A stretch of DNA of 37,260 nt from Chthonomonas calidirosea (GTDB taxonomy: Bacteria > Armatimonadota > Fimbriimonadia > Fimbriimonadales > Fimbriimonadaceae). The stretch lies in the NCBI GenBank assembly GCA_945859975.1, contig CAMAPH010000029.1, forward strand, positions 1 to 37,260. The letters are read 5' to 3'. Each line of letters begins with the position of its first letter. Position 1 is the stretch's first letter. Below the pieces are notes generated by a model. It ran no database searches. It was given only the letters and a program-made list of their open reading frames with translations, and was not told the origin of the DNA. Positions 26,530 through 36,105 of this stretch are shown one piece after another. A program made the position numbers and the translations under genes.

Positions 26530-28694
26530 TCGAAAACGCCTTCCTCCTTTTTCTCGTTCAGTCCGCAATTCTGATCGCGGCAGCGCATGTCGGCCTCTTG
26601 TTCCTCAAGCGCAGTCCGGCTCTGCGCCAAGCGATCATCCGCGCCACGCTCGTGGGCTGCGTCGCCCTCGCCGCCTTCTCGGTCTGGAGCTTCAACCAGC
26701 CGCCCGCCAACCTGCCACGGCCCAGCGCGCGCGTCACGTTACCAAGCCTGCCCGCTCCGGCCCAGGCTTCTACCCTGCCGTCGGTGATGACCCAACCCAC
26801 CGTCGAATCGGCACCGCCCGCAACGAAGTTCCTTCCTGAGTTACCCGTCGCCTTGACCGTCTGGATGGTCGGAGTGCTTGTCGGAAGCCTATATCTCGCT
26901 GCCGGTCTGGTCAAGCTTCGTCGACTAAAGCAGCAGTCCCGATCATGGACGTCGCCAGAATTTGAAAACCTTGTCGCTCAACTAGGTCACCAAAAGATTG
27001 TCGCGCGAACCGGCGGCGCCATACGATCTCCGTTCGTAACCGGCGTGATTCGGCCAACCATTTTCCTTCCCGAAGCTCTAGCTGTCAATCCAGATCCGAC
27101 CCTGGAGCTGGTCCTGCGGCACGAGCTGGCCCACGTGACCAATCGCGACCTCGGCTTCCTGCTCTTGCATCGCGTGCTGACCATCGTGTTGTGGCCACAA
27201 GTTCTGCTCTGGACCTTGCGGAAACCGATGCTTGAGGCATCGGAGGAGGTTTGCGATCGAATTGCCGTGAATGCGAATGCGACAAACCGTCAAACGTTGG
27301 TTACGGAGTATGCAAGAGCGCTCGTGGCGCTACACGAAGGACTGCAACAAGAACGTATTCCTTCACTAGCCGTTGGCATGGTTCGAAAGGGCTCCGGGCT
27401 CAAGCGGCGAATTGCCGCAATCCTCTCTCCGAATCAACCACCACAAAACCAGCGAGCTAAGTACATTTTAATTGCGCTGGGTGCCGTGTTTTGCGGCGCA
27501 GTTGGCGTCCTTATCGCCGCGCCCAAGGATCAAGATGAACTGAGCCGCCAGTTCACGTTTGTGGAGGAGCCGTATGGAGGCGCCGTAACGATTCTGAACT
27601 CCGCGGGAAGACCGATCACCTCTGGCGCGGTCTGGTTCCACACGGAAGTAGGAACACGTAAAGACGCGCTGTACCTCCCAATCAAGAACGGTCAAGTCAT
27701 CGTTCCCGAGTTGCTCGATACCGCGCACACGGGCCGACTGATCGTTGATTCGGATGCGGGATTCGGATGGGCCCAATTGTGGCCATCAGTAAAGAAGGTG
27801 ACAGAAGTAAAGCTATTCCCTCTGGAAAAGCTCAAGGGACAGTTGCTGCGCCCAGATGGCACACCAGCGAAGGAAATGGAAGTTTCCATCCGTTTAATTC
27901 TCGGTCCGAAACCCGCGAATTCCAGCTTTCCTCGCGATGCACTTATTCTTGAACAGAAAAATGACTATTTTAAAATCATAACTCGAACCGACAAACAGGG
28001 GAACTATTCGTTTAGAGGGTTGCCGGCAGGATGCTCTGTTCGTCTCGACGTGAACGATCTCAGCATCGCTCCGCCGGTGTTCCAAGACGATATTCAGCTG
28101 GGTACCAAGGGAGAAACGGTCGCAAAGTGGCAGCAGCTCCGTGCTGCAGGCTCGATCTCCGGTCGCGTCACTCGAAATGGAAACCCGGTTGCTGGAATCT
28201 TAGTGGGTGCACAAGGCACCAATGATAGCGAAGCTGAAGGTTGGGGCACCGCGGTCACGAACATCGATGGCAGATACACCGTGCAACGGCTCCTTCCTAC
28301 AACGTACAACGTTCTGATCGACTTCGGTCACCGGGTTCAAGCGCCTGCAACCGCAGTTGCCAAGGAACGCGTTAAGGTCCTTCCCGGTAAGAATCAAGCC
28401 GGTCAGAACTTTGAACTCATTACCGGCGTGATTGTTTCCGGTACCGTTCGTGATGCGAGTAGAAAGCCAGTACATCGCGCAGAAGTGGCGTTCTACAGCA
28501 GAGCACACCCGACCAGTTCAGCGTGGGTGCAAACTGTTCTTGCCGATGAAATGGGACGATATCAACTCCGGGTTCCTGCGGGAGAAATCAGCATCTACCT
28601 GTCCGACGGAACGAGTGAAACCGTCGTGACGCAAGTCGAGGAAGGGAAGGAAAACATAATCGACCTCGTCCGAACAAAAAAGCGCGATTGGTGA
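26526..28694 (+). CDS. BlaR1-like M56 peptidase with C-terminal carboxypeptidase-regulatory-like beta-sandwich repeats
   Basis: SPF..G.IRP.I.LP, HELAH, EEVCD, YARAL, LKRRI; C-terminal TDKQGNYSF / TNIDGRY / ADEMGRY repeats; GTGA overlap with blaI. Confidence 0.9.
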   Translation: MIENAFLLFLVQSAILIAAAHVGLLFLKRSPALRQAIIRATLVGCVALAAFSVWSFNQPPANLPRPSARVTLPSLPAPAQASTLPSVMTQPTVESAPPATKFLPELPVALTVWMVGVLVGSLYLAAGLVKLRRLKQQSRSWTSPEFENLVAQLGHQKIVARTGGAIRSPFVTGVIRPTIFLPEALAVNPDPTLELVLRHELAHVTNRDLGFLLLHRVLTIVLWPQVLLWTLRKPMLEASEEVCDRIAVNANATNRQTLVTEYARALVALHEGLQQERIPSLAVGMVRKGSGLKRRIAAILSPNQPPQNQRAKYILIALGAVFCGAVGVLIAAPKDQDELSRQFTFVEEPYGGAVTILNSAGRPITSGAVWFHTEVGTRKDALYLPIKNGQVIVPELLDTAHTGRLIVDSDAGFGWAQLWPSVKKVTEVKLFPLEKLKGQLLRPDGTPAKEMEVSIRLILGPKPANSSFPRDALILEQKNDYFKIITRTDKQGNYSFRGLPAGCSVRLDVNDLSIAPPVFQDDIQLGTKGETVAKWQQLRAAGSISGRVTRNGNPVAGILVGAQGTNDSEAEGWGTAVTNIDGRYTVQRLLPTTYNVLIDFGHRVQAPATAVAKERVKVLPGKNQAGQNFELITGVIVSGTVRDASRKPVHRAEVAFYSRAHPTSSAWVQTVLADEMGRYQLRVPAGEISIYLSDGTSETVVTQVEEGKENIIDLVRTKKRDW

Positions 28695-28710
28695 ACAAAC
28701 CTTGAAACAA

Positions 28711-28750
28711 AGAAGCGCGTCCAGAGCATGTTGCTCTCGGACGCGCTTCT
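28711..28750. terminator. Terminator hairpin between convergent genes
   Basis: agaagcgcgtcc-agagca-tgt-tgctct-cggacgcgcttct; T-rich tail on the minus strand. Confidence 0.8.
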
Positions 28751-28763
28751 CTCAGGTCAGAAC

Positions 28764-29267
28764 TTATTCAGCCGGAGCTTCTTCGACTGGGGCAGCCGGA
28801 GCGGCTACTACTGGTGCGTTCGGGTCGAAGACGACGACGGTGATGTTCGCATCAACGTCGCGGTGAAGGTCCAGTTCGACGGCGAACTCGCCCAGACGGC
28901 GGATTGGCTCGACGAGCGCGACGTTCTTCTTTTCAAGGGACAGGCCAAGCTGTTCCTTGATCGCGTCGGTGACGTCCTGTGCGGTGATGGCACCGTACAG
29001 CTTGCCTTGGATGGCGCCGACCTGGCCGGGAAGTCGAATGATGCTGCCTTCGATCTTCGCCTTGAGGGCTTCGGCGTCGGCTTTGAGGCCGGCGGTCTTG
29101 GCCGCAACTCGCTCGTTTCGCTTGTTCAGCGCTTCGATCTGCTTCTTGTCGGCGAGGTACGCGAGTCCGCGTGGGAAAAGGAAGTTGCGGGCGAATCCGT
29201 CCGCGACATTGACTACGGTGCCTTCTTTTCCAACCTTAGGCACGGTTTGCTTGAGAATTACTTTCAT
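28764..29267 (-). CDS. rplI: 50S ribosomal protein L9
   Basis: MKVILKQ.V..VGKEG.VV.VADGFARNFLFP, GKLYGAIT, PIRRLG; AAGGAG RBS. Confidence 0.96.
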   Translation of the reverse strand: MKVILKQTVPKVGKEGTVVNVADGFARNFLFPRGLAYLADKKQIEALNKRNERVAAKTAGLKADAEALKAKIEGSIIRLPGQVGAIQGKLYGAITAQDVTDAIKEQLGLSLEKKNVALVEPIRRLGEFAVELDLHRDVDANITVVVFDPNAPVVAAPAAPVEEAPAE

Positions 29268-29330
29268 TTTGCTCCTTGTATCGTCAGGGCTTGACCAGGC
29301 ATGCCGGGTCACGCGCGGTCCAAGTTGGAC

Positions 29331-30779
29331 CTATCGTCGAATTCCGATTCCAAAGGTCGGACTGTTCTTCTGGAAGATGCGATCCATGCCCATCCAGCCG
29401 TAAAGCCCACCACCGAAATCTGCGCGAAGCCGAGCGTCGTACCTTGGATTGTTAATATTCCAAAGGTCGTTGCGCAAAAATAGCTTCGGCGCGATCTGAT
29501 AATCTACCCCAAGTCCCGCCTTTGCCGCATAGATGCCGTAGCGATAACTTAGTTTCGAGTCGACCGGAGTGCCGTATTGAACCGTCAATTTGTTGCCTTC
29601 GAAGGCATCGAAAAGGCCGATATCAAGCGTATGGCCCTGTCCTAAACCGACGCGAGCATTAAAGTCCGTGCGGTATCGGCCGGGTTCGGTCTCGCGCATC
29701 AGGTCCATCGAGGTGGTCACTGGCGGAATCTTTGGCCCCTTGTTTGGCCCGAGCACGCCACCCAGTTTGTCGAGCAAAGACTTAACCTGCCCTTCAATCT
29801 CGACCGCGCCGTCGATCACCTTCTTCGTGCGCTCGGTAAGGTCAACAACGTTGGCGGAAATCGTGACCCCGTTCTCCGTGATCTTGTCCGCCTTCTCGGC
29901 AATCGACTTGCCAGTCTTCGTCATTTCGTCGACGTTCGCCGCGATGCTCTTTCCCGTGTTCGTGATCTCGGCAACGTTCGCGGTCGTTGATTTCAGGCTG
30001 CCATCGGCGACGAGTGAGTTCATATTCGCGACCAGCTGATCGGCCTTCTTGCTCGTCTCGACCAGCTGGCCAAGGATCTGCTTGGTGTCCTTCTGAATCG
30101 TCCCCTCTTCCATCATCTTCGCGACGGAGGCAGTGATTCGTTGGACGTCCGCCACCGCCGCGGCTCCCCGAGTCAGCGCCAGGTTTACGGACTGATCGTT
30201 CTTGGCCAGCAGCATGTCCATGCGATCAGCCAATCGGCCAAAGCTACCGATCGTCTTTTCGGTATTGCTGAGAAGCTTCTTAACGTCCTTTGTCAAGGCT
30301 GGATCGGCGAGGACCTTTCGAGCTTCCACCAAGGTTGCGTTCAACTCTTTCATGGTCTGCTCGGTGTCGGGCAGAATTCCATCCAGCGCGCCAGCCTTGC
30401 GACCGGCAATCGTTCCACCTTCGGCCACGAACCCGTTGGCTTCGGCCGGTGGCTTGAGCACCAACGCACTATCGCCAAAGCCGATCAGCGATGTCGGAAC
30501 CTCGGCCATTGTGCCCGTCGGAAGCTTGAACTTGGGATCAAGAAGTAGGGTTAAGCGAGCTTTTGTCGGCGAGACGAGTTCGACTTCGCCGATGTTTCCG
30601 ACCTTGACCCCGGCCACGAGGATTCGGGAGCCCGGTGCCATTCCGGCAACGTCATCAAGCTCAGCGTAGTAGCGGGAGACCTTCGGAGCAAAGACACTTT
30701 GGCCCAAAACGGCATAGGCACCGAGCAGCAATCCTAAAAAGATCACTACGAATAAACCGACCCTTGCCGCGCTCTGCAT
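29331..30779 (-). CDS. mlaD: MlaD/MCE family protein with long helical region and C-terminal beta-barrel-like domain
   Basis: RVGLFV TM anchor, VAGM.PGS.I.VAGVKVG, TSLIG; helical middle; C-terminal amphipathic strands (YRYGIY..KAGLGVDY, TFGIGIRR). Confidence 0.85.
   Translation of the reverse strand: MQSAARVGLFVVIFLGLLLGAYAVLGQSVFAPKVSRYYAELDDVAGMAPGSRILVAGVKVGNIGEVELVSPTKARLTLLLDPKFKLPTGTMAEVPTSLIGFGDSALVLKPPAEANGFVAEGGTIAGRKAGALDGILPDTEQTMKELNATLVEARKVLADPALTKDVKKLLSNTEKTIGSFGRLADRMDMLLAKNDQSVNLALTRGAAAVADVQRITASVAKMMEEGTIQKDTKQILGQLVETSKKADQLVANMNSLVADGSLKSTTANVAEITNTGKSIAANVDEMTKTGKSIAEKADKITENGVTISANVVDLTERTKKVIDGAVEIEGQVKSLLDKLGGVLGPNKGPKIPPVTTSMDLMRETEPGRYRTDFNARVGLGQGHTLDIGLFDAFEGNKLTVQYGTPVDSKLSYRYGIYAAKAGLGVDYQIAPKLFLRNDLWNINNPRYDARLRADFGGGLYGWMGMDRIFQKNSPTFGIGIRR
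29814..29981 (-). repeat. Four degenerate 14-aa (42-bp) repeats in the MlaD helical region
   Basis: ANVAEITNTGKSIA / ANVDEMTKTGKSIA / EKADKITENGVTIS / ANVVDLTERTKKVI. Confidence 0.75.
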
Positions 30780-30812
30780 TACGGATAGATTAGCACCGAC
30801 AGAATCGCCGTC

Positions 30813-30986
30813 CTAGGCGTCCTGGGAGTCTCCGTTCCTTTCGAGCTCGCGGTCCTTCTGCTTTTGACGAACGACCCGATCGCGGTTTCGCCACTTCAAG
30901 AAAAAAACACCGCCGATCGCAACGGCGGTCAAAATTGCTCCCGCGATGATCCCCATCACGAGCAACAGATCATCTGGGCGCAACAT
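30813..30986 (-). CDS. Small single-pass membrane protein (57 aa)
   Basis: One TM helix followed by a basic tail (KWRNRDR); alternative start at 31019. Confidence 0.6.
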   Translation of the reverse strand: MLRPDDLLLVMGIIAGAILTAVAIGGVFFLKWRNRDRVVRQKQKDRELERNGDSQDA

Positions 30987-31045
30987 CAACCAAGACGGTA
31001 CCTGCCCCCTTTCCGCCATGACCGGATTGGACTAATATAGCGGCG

Positions 31046-31855
31046 ATGTCCGTCGATGCTGCCCAGCCCTTCACTCCTCCCGTCGCCGATACCGAGATTG
31101 GTCGATTCTTTGCCGAGAACGGCTACTACCTCGCCAAAGGCGTGTTCTCTCCTGCCGAAGTTGCCGAGTTGGAGGTTGACTTTGATCGAATTGTCTCGCA
31201 ACTGCTTGGGAGCGGTGAGCACATCAATGCCGCATGGTCTGGCCCCGAAGTTGACCGGATCGGCGCGAAAGACCTGGTTGTGATTCACACCCACAACGTC
31301 CAGCAGTACAGCGCGGCTTGGCTGCGCGCGATGATGCACGACAAGTTCCTTGGCATCGCGGCCGACATCCTCGGACCGGACATCATCCTTCATCACAGCA
31401 AACTGTTCCAAAAGCCTAGCGAACTGGGCGCGCCGTTCCCCATGCACCAAGACTGGAACTACTTCCCGACCCAGCTCGACAGCATGATCGCGGGCATCGT
31501 CCACGTTTCAAAGGCGACCGATGAAATGGGCTGTCTGCGGGTCTACCCTGGCTCTCATAAGCTCGGCCGCATTGCCGACACCTACGGCAGCATCGAAAAC
31601 GACCTGCTCCTCCAATATCCGCTTGAGAACGCGACGATCATCGAAGCAGAGCCCGGAGATGTCCTCTTCTTCCACTACTTCACGATTCATGGCTCTATGC
31701 CAAACCGATCATCTGAGGTCCGAAAGACTGTCCTCGTGCAACTGCATGCCGGCAATGACGTGATGGAATCCGGCTATAACCATCCGTACGAGCGCCTCGC
31801 CCTCAAGGGATGGAATGCGCACGCTACCCGCACCAGTGCAAACGAGGGCAAATGA
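31046..31855 (+). CDS. Phytanoyl-CoA dioxygenase family Fe(II)/2-oxoglutarate oxygenase
   Basis: FFAENGY, HQD, GCLRVYPGSH, PGDVLFF, HGSMPN.S..VR. Confidence 0.92.
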   Translation: MSVDAAQPFTPPVADTEIGRFFAENGYYLAKGVFSPAEVAELEVDFDRIVSQLLGSGEHINAAWSGPEVDRIGAKDLVVIHTHNVQQYSAAWLRAMMHDKFLGIAADILGPDIILHHSKLFQKPSELGAPFPMHQDWNYFPTQLDSMIAGIVHVSKATDEMGCLRVYPGSHKLGRIADTYGSIENDLLLQYPLENATIIEAEPGDVLFFHYFTIHGSMPNRSSEVRKTVLVQLHAGNDVMESGYNHPYERLALKGWNAHATRTSANEGK

Positions 31856-32358
31856 ACATGACCGTCCAAGAACTCACTAACGACCTGCTTGACTCTTGGG
31901 ATCGCCAGGCGCGCATCGTAGCTTCCGTTGCCCAGTTGGTGACGGAAGAGACCCGCAAGGCGCTGCCTTCGCCCGATGGCTGGCCCCTCGACCAGCAGCT
32001 CGCTCACATTCACCAGGTCCGTCGCCACTGGCTCTCGGATTTCGACCCTAACCGCGCATCAAAGCTTGGCCGGACGTTCACCGACGGCTGGGAAACCCCT
32101 ATCGATGACCTCGCCGCGATTAAGAGCCATCTAAACGACAGTGCGGCCGCCGTCCGAGTGGCGGTGAGCGATGCGATCATCCATGGCTCCATCGGCAAAG
32201 GAGCCTACGAGAACCCGGTGCTGTTTCTTCAGCACATGGTTTGGCACGAAGGCTGGCACGTCGGTCTTATCCTCACCGGCCTTCGGCTTGCCGGGAAAGA
32301 GACCACCGAAGACTGGGAAGAATCCCACATCTGGGGTCTCTGGCGAACCGAAGAGTGA
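31852..32358 (+). CDS. DinB-like family protein
   Basis: LAHIH and HEGWHVG His triad; ATGA overlap with the upstream gene. Confidence 0.82.
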   Translation: MNMTVQELTNDLLDSWDRQARIVASVAQLVTEETRKALPSPDGWPLDQQLAHIHQVRRHWLSDFDPNRASKLGRTFTDGWETPIDDLAAIKSHLNDSAAAVRVAVSDAIIHGSIGKGAYENPVLFLQHMVWHEGWHVGLILTGLRLAGKETTEDWEESHIWGLWRTEE

Positions 32359-32364
32359 AACGGC

Positions 32365-34047
32365 CTAGCCCAAGGTGACCGTACGAACCACGGCCCCGGC
32401 GCGATCGTGCCGGGCGCTGAGTTCGTAGGTCCCAGGCTTCAGCACCCACTCGAACACGGCGACGTCGTCGGTCACATCGCTACTCCAACCCCAGCCGCCG
32501 GCGGCGATGTGGCTGTAACCCTTGAGCTGTTGCCCAATCGATCGCAATAGGCCGCTAACGAGCCACTCTGGCTCGAAGGTTGAATCTCGATCTTCGTCTC
32601 CAACGCGCTTGACTTCGCCAATCACTCCACGACAATGCTTCCGTCTGCTCGCGATTTCGGTGACGTTCGTCGGGAGCCAGCCGGCGTTCTGAACGGCCAA
32701 CCTGACGCGATACGAACCACCAACCTCGGTAACGACAAGGTCCCGGAAGGTAAGGCGGGGCCCGGTGCTCGCGTGCCAGATCGCCCAGTCTGCTAGCGGG
32801 GAAATTTCGTCTTCAAGGTACTTCAATGGTGGGTTTCGGAAAGCGTAATGTGCGTCCCATCCACCGAGCTCAACCGGCCCGAGCTGCGGATGCTCGAACG
32901 GATACCAGTCGATGTAGCCCTTGCCGTCCAACTGCTCATCGGCCCACTTGAGCAACTGAATGTCCTGCTCAATGGAGTGCTCTCGGAACCAGTCGATGTA
33001 CTTGTAATCCGTAATCCCCGCCTGCCGCTGCGGGGACCAGATTTCGACTGTCCAGGCGTGAACACCCCGATGCTCGTACATCCAGTCATCAAAGGTGCCG
33101 GTGATGATCTCCTTCGGATGGTAGCGAAACTCGTGGTAGTTCGAGATGTCCGGGTAGCCCGTGAGTTCTTTGCCCTTCGCTCCGAGCTTTTGGTACGACC
33201 AAAGGTCTTCGGCCGGAATGTCCGTGTCCGCCATCCGGCTTGGTGGACGCAGCAAAACACCCGAATACGTGTGGAAACAAATCGCGCCGCAGATGTTGGG
33301 GCGATCGTAAATCGCTTGGACCAACGCTCGAATTTCTGGTTCGCTGGTCGCATACTGGCCCGCACCGACTTGGTCATGCTCCTGCCGCCACGCGCTCGGG
33401 AAGTTTCGGTTGAAGTCGAGGGCTTGCTTCACGCGGTTGGTCCGCATTTTTAGGCCGTCGAAGTTGTGGAACTTGCCTTCGGCCAGAACTCGGTAAGTCT
33501 TCTCGGCCTTCTCGCCCGGCTCCCGACGTCGCAGCAATCGCGGCTCTTGCTCGTTGATCACCCAGGCGCCGTTCGGGTCTGGAACGCGCATGTTGAGCAC
33601 TCGGCCATCGCCGTCGATGTCTTGCCGTTCAAGGCCGTAGTAGTCGTCCTCGTCGTAAGGATATGCCTTTGTTCCGCTGCGGACAATCTTCGGGACGTCT
33701 GCAAGTGCCCACTCCGCACCGTCTGGGCTCACCCTCGGGACGAGATAGAAAGTGCGCTCATCCAAGATCGCCTTTTGATCTCCGAGAAGCTTTTCGATGA
33801 TCTTGAGCACCGCACTGGATGCGCTGACTTCGCTGGCGTGGATGTTGCCGTCTGCCCAAAACGCGGGCTTGTCTTGCGGAGCGCCGGTCTCAGCATTCGT
33901 GATCGTCACGAGCCAGATGTCGCGGCCCTCAAAAGACTTCCCGATGCTGCTTACCGTTACGAACCCGGGGTTCTCTGCCTCAATTAGGTGCAGAAGTTCG
34001 GTCAGTTCGTCGTAGCGGTAGTAGCGATCAAAGGAGATCTCGGGCAT
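32365..34047 (-). CDS. M14 family zinc carboxypeptidase
   Basis: IGKSFEGR, NIHASE, DFNRNFP, SEPE, FHTYSG, TVE. Confidence 0.92.
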   Translation of the reverse strand: MPEISFDRYYRYDELTELLHLIEAENPGFVTVSSIGKSFEGRDIWLVTITNAETGAPQDKPAFWADGNIHASEVSASSAVLKIIEKLLGDQKAILDERTFYLVPRVSPDGAEWALADVPKIVRSGTKAYPYDEDDYYGLERQDIDGDGRVLNMRVPDPNGAWVINEQEPRLLRRREPGEKAEKTYRVLAEGKFHNFDGLKMRTNRVKQALDFNRNFPSAWRQEHDQVGAGQYATSEPEIRALVQAIYDRPNICGAICFHTYSGVLLRPPSRMADTDIPAEDLWSYQKLGAKGKELTGYPDISNYHEFRYHPKEIITGTFDDWMYEHRGVHAWTVEIWSPQRQAGITDYKYIDWFREHSIEQDIQLLKWADEQLDGKGYIDWYPFEHPQLGPVELGGWDAHYAFRNPPLKYLEDEISPLADWAIWHASTGPRLTFRDLVVTEVGGSYRVRLAVQNAGWLPTNVTEIASRRKHCRGVIGEVKRVGDEDRDSTFEPEWLVSGLLRSIGQQLKGYSHIAAGGWGWSSDVTDDVAVFEWVLKPGTYELSARHDRAGAVVRTVTLG

Positions 34048-34132
34048 CAAAACAATTTACTCGCCTCGAATCTTCAACGTTCGGAGCCTCAAACACCTAA
34101 TTTTGCGAATACGGGGTAACAATGGGCCAGTC

Positions 34133-34528
34133 ATGAAAATGCTTCTGCCCGTCTGCGCCGCCCTTACCATCGTTGTTGTTGGTTGCCAGTCCAATTCAGA
34201 AGCACCGACCACGTCATCAACGCCCGCGACCGGTTCACCAGCGGTCGGTTCCAACTTCGCCGCCGTACAAACCACGTTTGCGTCCAAGTGCGCCGGCTGC
34301 CATGGCGCGACAAATCCAAAAGATGGCGTGAGCATGGTCTCTTACGAGTCGATCCAGAAAGGCGGCTCGCACGGCCCAATCTTGGTTGCCGGTAATCCAG
34401 AAGGCAGCGTGCTTGTAGATGTGCTTCGGGCTCGAAACGGCAAGAAGCAGATGCCGCCAGCCGGTCCATTGCCGGAGGCAGAAATCGCGGCCATCGAGGC
34501 ATGGATCAAAGACGGCGCGAAAAACTAA
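34133..34528 (+). CDS. Lipoprotein monoheme cytochrome c (planctomycete cytochrome c-like)
   Basis: Lipobox VVVGC, CAGCH, G.PEGS.L, QMPP, WIKDGA. Confidence 0.88.
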   Translation: MKMLLPVCAALTIVVVGCQSNSEAPTTSSTPATGSPAVGSNFAAVQTTFASKCAGCHGATNPKDGVSMVSYESIQKGGSHGPILVAGNPEGSVLVDVLRARNGKKQMPPAGPLPEAEIAAIEAWIKDGAKN

Positions 34529-34572
34529 GTCACTTTGGCGAGTGTCGTTTGGCAACTAGGTAAATTCACCTC

Positions 34573-36081
34573 GTGGCAAAGCTGCTCGCTCCCCTCGCTC
34601 TCATCGCCGGAGGCACCGTTACCTGGGCCTGCATGCTCGGTGCCGATAGCGCTCCAAACGCAAAGACCGCTCCAAACTCCGTTGCTCAACCTCGAGCCGA
34701 GCAAGGTCAGCGTGCGGTTAACGTAACGCGCCTCTACAACGACACATGCGCCAAGTGCCACGGCGAGAATGCCGAAGGCGGTGGTGGCGGCACTCCTTCG
34801 CTCCTTAAGGCGGAAAAGTTTGAGCAGAAGTGGGACAAGCCGTTCTATGACGCGATCAAGAACGGTGTTGCCAGCGCCGGAATGGACGCGTACGGCGAGA
34901 CCCTTTCGGACAAAGAGTGCTGGGCGTTAGTCGTCCACATTCGAGAGTTGCAGGGCCGCGGCCTTCGCCAGATGAACGGCTCGCCGAAAGCCACGGACGG
35001 CGTCTACAAGTCGAAGTACCACAACTACCGGGTTGAAACCGTGATTGATCAGGGCAATGGCCTTCAGACCCCGTGGGGAATTGACTGGCTGCCAGACGGA
35101 CACATGATGATCACAAACCGCCCCGGCAGCATCACCGTGGCCAAAGACGGGAAGGTCATCGGCACGATCGACGGTTTGCCAAAAAGTGTAGAGCTCGGCC
35201 AGGGCGGAATGATGGAAGTCGCCGTCCATCCTCAGTACGCGAAGAACGGCTGGGTTTACCTGTCCTTCACCGACCCGGGAAAGGACGGAAACCGAAGTGG
35301 AATGACCAAGATCGTCCGAGGAAAACTCAAAATCTCGGGAGATAAAGCCACCTGGGGTAGCGAGGAAACGGTCTGGGAAGCTCCGCAGAAGTTCTACAAC
35401 GGCTCCGGCGCGCACTTTGGTAGCCGAATCGTTTTTGATGGCAAGGGCAACATCTTCTTTGCGGTAGGAGAGCGAGGCGGCAACATGCTCGCCCAGGAAC
35501 TCACCAACCCGTACGGCAAGATTTATCGGGTGAAGGAAGACGGCAAGATTCCATCGGACAACCCGTTCGTAGGCGTCACCGATTCCATTCCCGGAATCTG
35601 GAGCCTCGGCCACCGAAACCAGCAGGGTCTCACGATGGATGCAAAGGGCAACCTCTGGGATACCGAGCACGGCCCACGCGGCGGCGACGAAGTCAACCGG
35701 ATTCAGAAGGGCGCGAACTACGGTTGGCCCGTGGTTGCCTTCAGCATCAATTACAACGACTCACCCTTCCAGACTCCATGGCCGACGCCAGAGCAGAAGA
35801 TCACCTTGCCGGTATTCCGATGGCTCCCTAGCATCGGCGCTAGCGGTCTTGACTATGCTCGCGGCAAGGCGTTCCCACAGTGGAACGGAGACCTCATTGC
35901 TGGTGGACTCGCAGGGCAGAACCTCGATCGAATTCGCGTGAATGGCGACAACCTCATCGAGCGGGAAGAACTGATCCACGGCATGGGACGCATTCGCGAA
36001 GTGGCCGTCGGGCCTGACGGCTTCGTTTACGTGGCCCTGAACCAGCCGGACAAGGTCATTCGACTCGTTCCAGCCAAGTAA
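34573..36081 (+). CDS. PQQ-dependent sugar dehydrogenase (GSDH family) fused to N-terminal cytochrome c
   Basis: CAKCHG; PWGIDWLPDG, GQGGMM, HFGSRI, GHRNQQG, EHGPRGGDEVN, NYGWP, GRIREV. Confidence 0.92.
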   Translation: MAKLLAPLALIAGGTVTWACMLGADSAPNAKTAPNSVAQPRAEQGQRAVNVTRLYNDTCAKCHGENAEGGGGGTPSLLKAEKFEQKWDKPFYDAIKNGVASAGMDAYGETLSDKECWALVVHIRELQGRGLRQMNGSPKATDGVYKSKYHNYRVETVIDQGNGLQTPWGIDWLPDGHMMITNRPGSITVAKDGKVIGTIDGLPKSVELGQGGMMEVAVHPQYAKNGWVYLSFTDPGKDGNRSGMTKIVRGKLKISGDKATWGSEETVWEAPQKFYNGSGAHFGSRIVFDGKGNIFFAVGERGGNMLAQELTNPYGKIYRVKEDGKIPSDNPFVGVTDSIPGIWSLGHRNQQGLTMDAKGNLWDTEHGPRGGDEVNRIQKGANYGWPVVAFSINYNDSPFQTPWPTPEQKITLPVFRWLPSIGASGLDYARGKAFPQWNGDLIAGGLAGQNLDRIRVNGDNLIEREELIHGMGRIREVAVGPDGFVYVALNQPDKVIRLVPAK

Positions 36082-36105
36082 TCACCCCTACAAGTAGCCC
36101 GTCTG

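Noticed and set aside
28728..29294. 188-aa plus-strand ORF
   Set aside because: Antisense to rplI.
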